Part shown: piece by piece, positions 40,301 through 52,600 of the stretch
Numbering within the stretch: position 1 is the first letter of the stretch
How the letters are laid out: the number at the start of each line of letters is the position of its first letter
Assembly: GCF_003918875.1 (NCBI RefSeq)
Contig: NW_025767734.1
Coordinates: 620,001 to 684,000 of the forward strand
Source of the DNA: Haliotis rubra
Lineage: Eukaryota
Direction: 5' to 3'
Length of the DNA stretch: 64,000 bases
Program-made: the position numbers and the translations under genes
The notes under the pieces: generated by a model
The model's database searches: none
What the model saw: only the letters and a program-made list of their open reading frames with translations
What the model was told of the DNA's origin: nothing

Positions 40301-43029
40301 TGAACAGGATTTATCTGTTAATCCAAGGCCCTCTTCAACCCTTAAAAGAAATACCACCATGAAGCAAGAGTATAAGGAAATGCTGTGACAGAAAACTAGT
40401 ATAGTAAAAAATGTTCAGACATTTTCAGTACATTACTGGAATGGTGTTGTGTTTACACCCAACATAAATTGCTTCGAGTAATTTTTCAAATTCATAATTT
40501 TCAGGAAATATGAGGGTGCTGCCAACTCATCAGGTGGCTCAAGAATGTGAGACCACAGTAACCATGGAAACTGTTTCAGATGTGATAAGCTTTAAATGGT
40601 TCTATAACGAGAGGACAAGGATGACATGTCCCTGATAATTAGAAATAAGCCTGTAAATCTTAATATTCTGTGATCATGCAGTTTGTAATGGCTGTTATAC
40701 AACTTCAAGAGACTGTTTAGCTCACCTGGACAGAGCCTGCTCCCATAGCTGAACTTTCCATGGTCTGGAAAAAATCACCTTTCTGTACTCACCTGCAAAT
40801 GTGAAAAACATGCTTTACACATGAACTTTCAGAAAAGGATAAATCATACAAATGATTAAACTGAACCATTTAATAAAGTATCCATCATATTTTTCTTTTA
40901 ATTTGAAATTACATTTTACAAATTACAGGGTGAAATGACAAACGTTTTTATTATCATAAAGCAAGTTAGAAATATTAGGCATTGCGGGCTGGCTTGCACA
41001 AGATAACATGTCCTTCACATGGAAAGGAGAACAATTGACGGAAACAACCCAATCATTACCTCCAATACAGATGCAACAGAGGAGAGGTTACAAATGTGCA
41101 AGCATTATAACAACTGATGCAATCGACCAAAATATTTATGAACAAAGCAATGAAGAAAATGAAATCAACACATTTGCCTGTAACTTGGAAAACAACTCCT
41201 CCGATGTTGACGTCAGCCTCAAGATTCCACAATCACATGGTGCAAGGGATACCTTCCCTTGATTGAGCAAGTAATCTCCCTTGAATGAGCTGTCTACCAA
41301 GTAATCTCCCTCGAATCAGGTGTCTACCCAGCCTCTATTTCATATAATGTCAAAGACACACACAACATCTACTGCAGGAGGCCAAGCCAAGATATTCTAG
41401 ATGTTACTAGACAACAGTTGATAATGGTGTTAAAATACTGCTTCTCTCATATGTCAAAATCCCAGACAATGATACACAGCAAAATTGTTATACAACATGA
41501 GCATTGCATTTACCTCGTTTATCAGTAAAATTAACATGGAGGACAAAATAGCAATAAATTACAGAAAACCTTGCAACTGTCAAACATTTGAAAGACAATT
41601 GAGCATCTATTATGTTTAAGCTGATAACACACATGACAAAAAACATGACACACAGCAAGGAACAAGTTGTCCTCACCAAGACATACTTACTCCACCACCA
41701 GAAGAAGACAGTAACATCCAACCGCCATGTTGTACAATCAACTCTACGTTGAAAAGCATGTAAACTGTCTGACAGCATATGACCAAATCCACATTAACTG
41801 GCAAATGATCGACCACTGACATTTGCCAAACACCTCTTCCAAGTGCTGTTCCTCAAGGAATATGACTATCCACACACAGTGAACACTTTCAGTACCCAAA
41901 TGGTATCCTTTATCACAAAAGTGTCACGATTAGTTATTGTTCTGAGAAATAAAATTCCACCAATATGGAAACCTAATGGTCTGTGGATTGGTGCTTCATT
42001 CAACATGTACATAGTAACTTGCAATATGAAAAGAAAGTAAAACACGACACATTATTCCTGACAAAATATATATCCAGTTGCTAGTTGCTACTATTCTCGG
42101 TCTCTGTGGGCAGCAGTATAAATCTAAATAACTACTCTAAATACCTCTCTCAGTTCTCATCAACACTAACACTATCAAACAAAAACAACTTAATCTGAAG
42201 CAGTTTCTATACTGATCGTGACAAAATTGACAACTGAAAATCTAAAGTGTCTTTATAGTAAGCATAAAATTAATGACTTCATTATGAGTGTATCTACTTG
42301 CACAAAATACCCCATCATATAAACTACTGCTACAATTTCTTTCAATCTTATCTCCTTGAAAGGGTTAACATAGACGCATTAAAGAACAGCATTGAATAAC
42401 TAAGTACAAAACAGTTCTCTTGAACTAAGAAATCATCCCTTCCCCATAGTTGAACAACTTTCTCAGCAGTGATGACATTCTCAGGCCATGGTTAAGGCAA
42501 AGAGTGGACTGTTTTGCTGACCATTCATGGTATACTTGACCACACATTCCACCAAAAGTACGTCCAGAATCTCCAGGAGTCCAAAACAGAAGCAGCCAAT
42601 GATCAGTCACCCAAACAGCATGTAACAAAATTTCAAAATTTGTCACCACAAATGTTAGATTAAACCACTGACATTACTTTTTGAGTAAAAAATTGACTTG
42701 ATTGCTAAGCAACCCAGGAAAATGAACTACATGTAGCTTCAAATCCATTTTCCTGCATTACAAAATGCAAAGGAACACACAACACTCGCTTTCACTACTT
42801 GGATCAATTTGTTATCAAAGAGACCAACAAAGATCATTGCCAGAAAATTGTTCTTCATCAACCAAGCCCCTTCCAGTGTCTATAATCAATACACTGATAA
42901 CCAGGAATCTATACTGATTGAACCAAATGTCGATAACTATGCAATGGAAGCGATTTCCACAATAAAATTTGAATTCAACTGATATCCTTTCAAATTATTT
43001 ATTAATCCCTTATGACAATACATTGTTTT

Positions 43030-43325
43030 ATAAAAACCACTGATGTAATTACTAATGACATAATAAGAATAGTTGATGTATGAAAATATTCAGTGACTGA
43101 AATTAGTATCAAACCTTGATCCTGAGCATAAAAAACAGTGATGTAATTACAAATGACATAATAAAAAATATTAGATGTATGAAAATATTAAGTAACTGAA
43201 ATTAGTATCAAACCTTGATCCTGAATAATAAAAACCACTGAAGTAATTACTAATGACATAATAAGAAATATTAGACGTATGAAAATATTCAGTGACTGAA
43301 ATTAGTATCAAACCTTGATCCTGAT
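43030..43325. repeat. ~99-bp unit, three tandem copies, in the hnRNP M-like 3'UTR
   Basis: Three copies of ATAAAAACCACTGATGTAATTACTAATGACATAATAAG..AATTAGTATCAAACCTTGATCCTGA. Confidence 0.9.
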
Positions 43326-43623
43326 CATCATATTCACTGCACATAACTAACAATGAGACAAGACTGAAGAACTATAGACTGAATGAGTAAAGTAAGTACA
43401 ATATGAATACAGAGAGGTTATAACATCTCCTCAGATATTTATAGCAATTCTTTGCTTCAAAAACAATGGCCAATGTCTCTTATGAATGTTTGTGAAACAC
43501 AACTTTGCACGAGGAAATCAAGCCCAAAAGAAAGAATCTGCAACAATACGCTGACGAACTGCTATATCAATGTTGATGTCACATGACCCATGGGGTACGT
43601 ACATGTGATTTGGGTTCACATAT

Positions 43624-46600
43624 TCAGCCCTGGTAGAGACGCACACACATTTCACGACCATCACAGTCAGTTCGGTTCATGGATGCTGGGAAGAGGGTCA
43701 AGGAATAGCAACAGTCACTTTCAAAAACAATGTAAACTGAAAACAATTTGAGACACAGTATACAGCTCTACAGTGTCAAACTACACACAAATTGGTGACA
43801 AAAACACATTTCCAAGGATACAGATTGCTCTCTGTGCATCATCTGCATTGCCAAACCGAACCAGACCCACGCCAGTTGATCGACCATTTTCCTTCTCAAT
43901 CTCTGCAAACTTCACATCACCTATAAATAAATCACCTTGGCTCTTCAGAAATGTCAACAACAGAGCAGCTTTATTGTTTTCAAACAATACTGAACTATTT
44001 GAATACTTTAATAATTATATTAACAACATCAATAATAATAACGACAACAGAAAGTTTCTTACCAATACCCTTGAACTTTTGTCTCAGTGCTTGCCATGAA
44101 AACGAGTATGGAAGCTGAAAAAGTAAATCTAAGGTTATCTATTCAGTCTAACGTAGAGACAATAAACTTCAGCTATATAAAGTTTTCTTACTCTTCTGTT
44201 CATTTCATGTGTGTGAGTCTCCAAAGCCCATTAGCTTTGTGAATGGAAATAGCCAAAACAAATCTAGATACTCACATTCTTTACAATAACTGTGCAGGCA
44301 TCAGGTCTAGTTGAGCGGGACTTATCCCCTCGGTCACTGTATCCTGATCCCATACTGCTACCTCCCATATTGGAAGAGTTGGAGCCCCAGTTGCCGCCGC
44401 CCATGCTACTCCCGCCCATCATGTTGCTGCCCGACATTCCGCTCATGTTAGACATTGATCCAGTCATACCCATTGAGCTGTTGAACGAGTCACCCATTCC
44501 ACTTGCAGATCCCATCTTATTGTTGCCCATTCCACTAAAATTATCCGACATGCCTGACCCCATGCCAAAGTTGCCCATGCCAGTGCCCATTCCCATGGAT
44601 CCTGTTCCCATGGTGTTCCCCATGCCTGTTCCCATTCCCATGCTGCCACCTACTCCTGACATTGTTCCCATATTGCCCCCCATACCTCCCATCCCACTGT
44701 TCATGTCAAGACCACCCATGGAACCCATGTTACCAAGACCACCCATGCTTGTCGCCATGTTGCCCATACCCCCACCACCCATACCACCGCCCATGTTACC
44801 ACCTCCCAGAGATTGAGCCCCCATACCTGTGCCCATCCCACCACCCATTCCTCCTGTCATACCACTACCCATACCACCACCCATGCCACTGCCCATCCCC
44901 ATGCCTCCTCCCATCCCCATGCCACCTCCCATGTTGCCCATTCCTCCCATGTCTGAAACACAACAAGCATGATTATGAAACAAGGATGCTCACTGACATT
45001 ACAGTCTTATGACATTTAACAGTGGGGATTGATATGTCATATGTCAAGGACACAAACTATCCTACATCTTAAAGAAAGAAAATAGAAGTTGAACAACTGG
45101 TAGTCTGGGCCACAGACTTTGTGTACCCCTCTGGATATGTGTAAATGGCATTGTGTATTCATAGCTTTCATGCCAATTTACATTTATCAGAGGGGTATAC
45201 AAAGTCCATGGTCCACACTACCAGCTGTCTGACGCCCACTTTTGTGGAAGCTGCGGTTCTTATAACCCAACAAAAGTACTAGAATCTGTACTTTATTGAG
45301 AAAGTGTAATCCCAAATATAACATATGTTACTAGAGGACATGCTGTTTGGATACATTCGTACTTTGCTTCATCATAAGGACTTCTATTCCAAAAATCTCT
45401 CACGAAAGTGACCTGGACCATACAAAGCAAATGTTGGGGACCATTATTTTGTGCAAACATATATCACCAAATGTGTAATGTTAAAATAAAATGCTCAATG
45501 AGACTTACTGGACATCTGTGGATTATTATGCAATGGCATTCCACCAGCTCCAAGACCCATACCAATTGACTTCAAACCAGCTGCAACAGAAAACAGTTTC
45601 CCATTGAACAAATTGCTTCATTCACCATCAGGTAATTCATAACATATTTCAATCCTTCCCATACATTCATCAAAATGTTCTCAAAATTATAAATGTTTAC
45701 GCAGGGGAAAAATAAAAGAGGATTTACAATGATGCAATAAAGAATTTACAATGATGCTTGATTAAATGGCAGGAACTTACGTGGAAGTTTGGGCATTGGT
45801 GGAGGCTGATCTTCTTTTGCTTTATCCATTCGGACCACCATGTTGCGTTCAAACAATGTTTGACCATTAAACATAGCTCACATAGTTAAGGGAAAAAATC
45901 ATTTTAAAATATTACATTTTAATTCAAAAAACATAATTTTACTGAGCAATAGTATGTTTTCCTTATGCACAAAAAGAAATTGGTCTGATAAATATCAGGT
46001 TCCACTACATCTGCAGAGGGGCGGTGGGGTAGCCTAGTTGTTAAAGCATTTGTTCGTCACGCCAAAGACCCAGGTTCAATTCCCTACATGGGTACAATGT
46101 GTGAAGCTCATTTCTGGTGTCCCCTGCATGATATTGCTGGAATATTGCTAAAGGCGGAGTAAAACCACTCACTCGCTCACTACACATGCAGAAGCTGTCG
46201 ACATCTCCATCAGTACCAATTCAATACTCCATGAGCACAATTACCAAAAACTCACTAAAATGACAACTGTACTGAGGTGAACAACCACTACTAAAGTAGC
46301 TGTACACTAATCATCAATATACTTGTAACACAAGAGCAGGGTGTGACTTTGTCATAACATCCATGTCTTATGACAGTACAACCAAGCTTACTTGTATCCG
46401 ACAGTGATCAAACATTCCATAAAAAAACTTTCACAGAGTAATATTAATAGGTTTCCCAGATTGCCCTTGAGACTGGCATCAATACCGGCATGTTTTACAT
46501 CCACAGTAACAGTCAGTTTTACATTTACATAAAAAGATTCCAGTGTGAAGGATACAAATTGCCTGTACAGCTTCAAGGGGCATCTCAAACTCCACAGTCC

Positions 46601-49600
46601 CCATGCCACGGCTCTTGCCCTCTTTGTCAGTTTTGATTTCAGCTTTCAGCACATTACCAGCAAGTTTGAATACATCCTTCAACTTCCTCCATGTCACCTT
46701 GTAGTCAAGCTACCAAAGAATATAGCAATCACTCTGGTTAGGTATGAAAAGTTACACTATATAATATATATACCAATTGTTCACTATTTCTAAATAAACC
46801 AACGAAATGTTATAACATTAACTGGACAAAATGTTGCCTCCGGAAAATTAGGAATTAATGTGCAAGTCTATGCTTTATTCGTTTCATGTATCTTGCCCTT
46901 CTAGGTGAAAATATGTATTGACAACTTTCTAACACTGTCTACTTACATTGGCAACAAACACTGTGTTGGTGACAGGACCCTCAATTCCTAATTGTTGAAG
47001 GGTCTGGTTGTCTATTCCATGAGGTATCATGTTTCCACCTCCCATGTTTCCCATCATCCCCCCACCCATTCCTCCTCCCATACCCATGCCACCTCCTCCA
47101 CCACCACCACCTCCGCCACCCATACCCATTCCACCTCCCATTCTCCCTCCCATGCCTCCTCCCCCACCCATTCCTCCTCCTCCACCTCCACCACCACCCA
47201 TTCCTCCACCCCCACCCATGCCTCCTTGCATCCTCATGTCAGTTTCACGTTCCTGAAAAACAAAGTAGATATGAAAGACATCTTAAAACTTAATCACTGA
47301 GGTCAACAATCATTACGTCCAGAAACAGTTTGTATATCACACTAGCCCTATTCTACTACTGGCAAACAAGAATAAGTTGAGCACCGACCTGACAATTGAC
47401 CCATATTAGCATGTATGAGTGAAGCCCACTGGCGCTTGCCATTGTTAGCGAACAGCTCCCAGGTTGTCCGCAATCAAGTGTAGTGAAACTTGTGGCCTGT
47501 CTCAGCAAACACTGAGTTCAACAGCTACGTGAGGAATCAATTTCATCGTCATGCAATGAAAGTGCACTAGCCTACATCTGCTCTACCTTTCACAAGCCAA
47601 ATTGGTTTGTTCACTGCCGTGCACCGCCTACTTCTCGTAAACGCGTTCTCTGCGCGGGTCCAACTTATCCTTGTTTGCCAGTAAATTGTGCTGTTGGCTA
47701 ATGAATACCAGTCATGGAAGTCCTCTTTAGCTCGTATCATTTGAGACTAGTTCACAAGTTTCAATTTATCTACAAGCTGGGAGACAATAAAACTTAATGT
47801 ACACAGGTAGACACAGACTGACGACTGGAGAAAAAAATACCTTCGACTTGTCTTTAAAAGATAAATTTGAAAGCAGTATCAATCATTAACAAAAAGTAAA
47901 TACTTGAATTACGAACCTATCAAATGAAAAATCAACAGTGTCATTATGTGTATGAAATATTCAAGAAGAATTTTGTGAAAGAGCATACAAACCTCACGGA
48001 CAACCATAAATCTGTCCTTCAGTTTGTATTTGTGCATGGTTTCAATAGCTTTCCTAGCTATTTCCTTGTCTTTGAATTCCACCACACTGGAAAACCGAAT
48101 GTCACCAATGTTACTTACATGTATAATGCATCACATTAAATTAATAAATGACAAAAGTATTATAAGATGGACCCATGACTTTCATGCTTCATTTCACATA
48201 TATCACTTAGTTTAAACAGATAATAAATTAGTCATAAATGATAGTGTCTCTCAAAAAGACAGGGAGGTAATCAGATATTATCATTGCAAGATTGCAACAA
48301 GAACACTTACCCCACTCCTTTCGGTCTCCCATCAGGTAACTCAAAAAGTTCAACATATGCAACCTCTCCAACTGAAATGAAATAATTTCAAGTGTAACTG
48401 GGAGATACTCAATGACTAATAAACCATTTTGCCATATGATATGTTAGTCATAACTTTTAATTAAACTAGATTTTAGGAGCAATACTCTTCTGATCCAAGT
48501 TGAGCATACAAATGATTAACTAAGTTTCAATATCAAATATTAAATGAAATGATGAATTAACTAGCCAGTCAAACTGTAATTGCTTAATCACTTGATATAA
48601 ATGTTCATGTTAAACTTTAATTCCTGAGACTGACCTTCCTTTCTGAACAAGTCCTTGATATCCTGCCATTTCATCTCATACGGAATATTACTAATGATGA
48701 CTCTCTTTGAGATAAGGTTGACTGGCCGACGTCGTTCACGGTCCCTATCACGGTCTCGTCTTGGTGAACGGGACCGGGACCGTCTGACTGGTGACCTTGA
48801 CCTAGACCGTCGCAGACTGGAATTGGGAAGAGAGCAACATATTAATGAGTTGCCAGTTCAGAGAAAAAGACTGTCTTTCTAAGAATCCAAGACTTGCATA
48901 TGCTACAGGGCTCCAGATAATTTTTCAACATCAGGAGTACGTACTCCTTGTTTGATCAATATAGGAGTACTGGAAAACCTTAAGTGTACATTTAGAGTAC
49001 TGAATGAAATTAATGGAGTATCAGTAATCGTGTGTTTCGTTTCATATATGCACCACAACATTGGTACTTTTGTGTAAACAGGTCAATGAACAATAAAACA
49101 ATACTTTTTCAGATGATTCTAAGACCGTACACCATTGCTGTTGTGCGTATCTGCTACATTTTCTAAATTATTTCCTACGGTATTGTGCATATTTTTCATC
49201 CGTACATACACCGATACAGCCCTTATCTGGAGCCCTGTGTTAATATTAATAACCATTAAGTATTTGATCAAGGTCATGTTTCGACCCAAGTTAAGATTCC
49301 TTGACATCAAAAACTCAGTGAAAACCCCATATCAGAAAACATATAATGAAAACATACAGATGTCCTAGAAAAATTGGTTATGGCATACAATTCTCTCAGA
49401 GAAGTTAAAATCGTAATAATGGAGTGTACTGAGTGCAGCTTACTATAGTGCCAGCTGGGTAAGGCAACTAATGGCTGTTCTGGATTCACAAATATCTCCT
49501 GCCTCTTTGAATTTGATCCTATTGTTAGGCTATGCTACCTCAAACTCTATTCTTAGATATCCTTTCTAGTCTAATACCATTTTACAATCCTTAGGTTAGA

Positions 49601-52600
49601 CACACTTTTACAGTCCTAAGGTTGTGAGGTAGGGTATGGGTTTGCTATTTATTTATTTATTTATATATATATATATCTAAGGAGTTTCTAGTTTTGCAGA
49701 GAAATTGGTCATTGTGCACAAAGGCAAAACATTGACAACTTGGAAAACTTGTTTCTATTTTGGATAGTGCTCCTTTTGGGGTGTTGACTAACTCCTTAGT
49801 CTAGCTCAGATTCACGCTGGCAACATGAATTCGATCCTCTTTGCTGCACTAACTGAAATTTGAACATGTGTGCCTACTTAACTACACTACTGTTAAAAAT
49901 CAACAAAATTAAAAGATGACATTAAAGGGAAACAAAACTACATCTACAATAGCATACCATTCAAATTAAACCATGTTATAACGCAATCTTAGATTGAATA
50001 TTTACAAGAGACATGAGAAATGCCAAATGGAAACCACTGATTGCTATATATCCATGACATCCTCAGAGGAAGGGGTGCACTTTATTGGGTGGGTGAGTTT
50101 GGTTTTACACCGATTCTAGCAATATTCCAGCAATATCACGGCAGGGGACATCAGAAATGGGTGTGGCATGTGGAAACATCGGGAAGTAGAAACACAATAC
50201 CCGTTTCGGCTGTATACATTGGCAAATTATGTAAACAAATTCATCACTCTAGTAAAATGGATATATTTCAGTGGAATATCTCGTCTAATCATATATAAAG
50301 TAAAGTATTCATCTTTGAATTAGGTTCTAGAATATTTTGAAACTAGTTTGACTTATCATCATTGCACCTAGCACAAATCAAAACTAACTTTGCCAAGAGT
50401 AATCCTGCAAGAACTATAAGGTCAAGTGCATCTTTACTGTCCAAAAAACATAACCGGAAGTGACATATTGTGCAACTTCACACAGCACACAGGAGCAAAT
50501 TCTATGGCACACTTTAAGGCTAAATATTATTATGTTACACTACTGTTACCATGTATCCAAATGAATATAAGTTTAAATTGTTTTGGTTAAACTTAAAATA
50601 AAATTACATAACTAATCCTAATGATATTCCTGAATAATTTTCACATTCAATATATTAGGATTCAATACTTGTGGAAAGTAAATGTTTGACAGTGTTGAAA
50701 ATCTTGTTGAATGAGGAGTGACTATATACAACATTATTTAAAACAGAAATGAAGATAAAACTAAATAAAATAAATGAAAATATATATAAAATACCAAATG
50801 TCAGTTGGCTTTCATAATCCTGATAGCGGTAACATTAACTGCCAAGATAATAGAGGGTTTCATAATAATTATTCTATTATATACAATTTCCCTAATAAAA
50901 GAAAGTGTCGTCACTCTTAACTTCTTTGTTGTAAAAATAACATGTTGCCTGCGACCTCGTTGTATCGTGGTACTTGATATATCCGTAATGGGAAATAAAT
51001 TGTGAACTCATAAGGCCTATTTTATTATGAAATCTGATGAGCATGACATTTAATCTACATATTTGAGAAAAGACTATTATTTTAACTTTGATGTTTTTTC
51101 AGCAAGAGCAATTAGATGAGAGAACTCCAGTCTCCATCGTATCGCGGTATTGCCATTTTCTTACTATGGCACATGGTACAAGCAAATGACACTATCAAAC
51201 ATTTACTTAAGACAAGTAACGAATCTAAATCGTCTTAATATTAAAAATTATTTAGGAATTTCATTAAGATAAGTAATATCATCATGTTTTGAACCAAAAC
51301 ATCTTAACCTTCTATTCATTTGAATATAAGGTAGCAATAATGTAACATAATTAATTTTGGCCACCTTAAAACCTGCCATACAATTTGCTGTCACGTGCAG
51401 GGTGAAGTTGCACAATATGTCACTTCCTGATATAGTTTTAGGACGGAAAATATGCAAATGACCTTACAGTTGTCGCAGGATTACTCTTGGCAAAGTAAGT
51501 TTTGATTCGTGCAAGCTGCAATGGCAGTAGGGGTCATACTAGTTTCAAAATGTTACTGCAAAGATGAATACTTTAATATTTCTACAATTAGACATGACAT
51601 TCCAATGAAATAAATGACTTTTTCAAGAGCAATGATTTTTTTTACATAATTTGCATATGTAAGCAGCCAATGCGGGGTGTGGTGTTTCTGCTTCTCCAAT
51701 GTTTCCACGTGCCACGATATAATGAATGTCGCGATACAAGGTCCGAGTAATGCGATTATACATGTAATTGTTTTTATACTTAAGTACATAATGGTATATC
51801 ACATTTACAGTCATATACAAATTTGCAAGGTGAAAGATTTTGGTAAGCATAATCCGATCAAATATTACAATCAAAGCGGATTTCCATGCTTTTTAACAGC
51901 AGCGAAACTCTTTGACAGTATGATCTTGCCTATTCTTAAGTAAAGCACAGAAATATTTCAGGAGGATTTTGTATTTACCATCCTCAGCCAGTAATGATGC
52001 CATTCTAGGAGATTGCAGAAGATATACTAACTGTATTTTAAAATGTTATTAAAATAAATACTGGACAAAAATCATACATATGGACAACGAAAGAATCCCT
52101 AAACAGACTTACAAGATGTTAAAAAAACTGGATGATGTCGGCAGAACTTCATGGGTTACCAACATTAAAAATGTACTTTTCCAATATGGATTTGGATATG
52201 TATGGAAGTGTCAGAATGCTGGACATATCAATGCCTTTCTATCAGAATTCAAACAGGGAGTGAGAGGCTCTGCAATCCAAACCTGGCACACTTTAATGAA
52301 CTCAAACCCTAATCTCATTGCTTACTCGCTTTTCAAGTCATCTCTAACTATAGTCCATTATCCTCGATACTATAGACATGATTTCCTTCATGTTAATAAA
52401 CTTATATTTACACAAGCCCTATCAAGATTCCGATGCTCCTGCCACACCCTCATGATTGAGGACAAAATCTCAACATAGAACAAGAAGACCGACTATGTGC
52501 CTACTGTCTATGCTTTGGAACTTTAATATGAAATTGAAAATGAATATCACCTTTTGCTTGGATGTAGTGCCAATTAACAAAAATAACATCTAAGAAGTAA

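Noticed and set aside
41901-42990. Plus-strand U12-like donors GTATCCTTT (~41902) and ATATCCTTT (~42982)
   Set aside because: Antisense to the 3'UTR with no associated exon; consistent with chance.
44292-47300. Pro-rich plus-strand ORFs
   Set aside because: Antisense shadows of the Gly/Met-rich exons.
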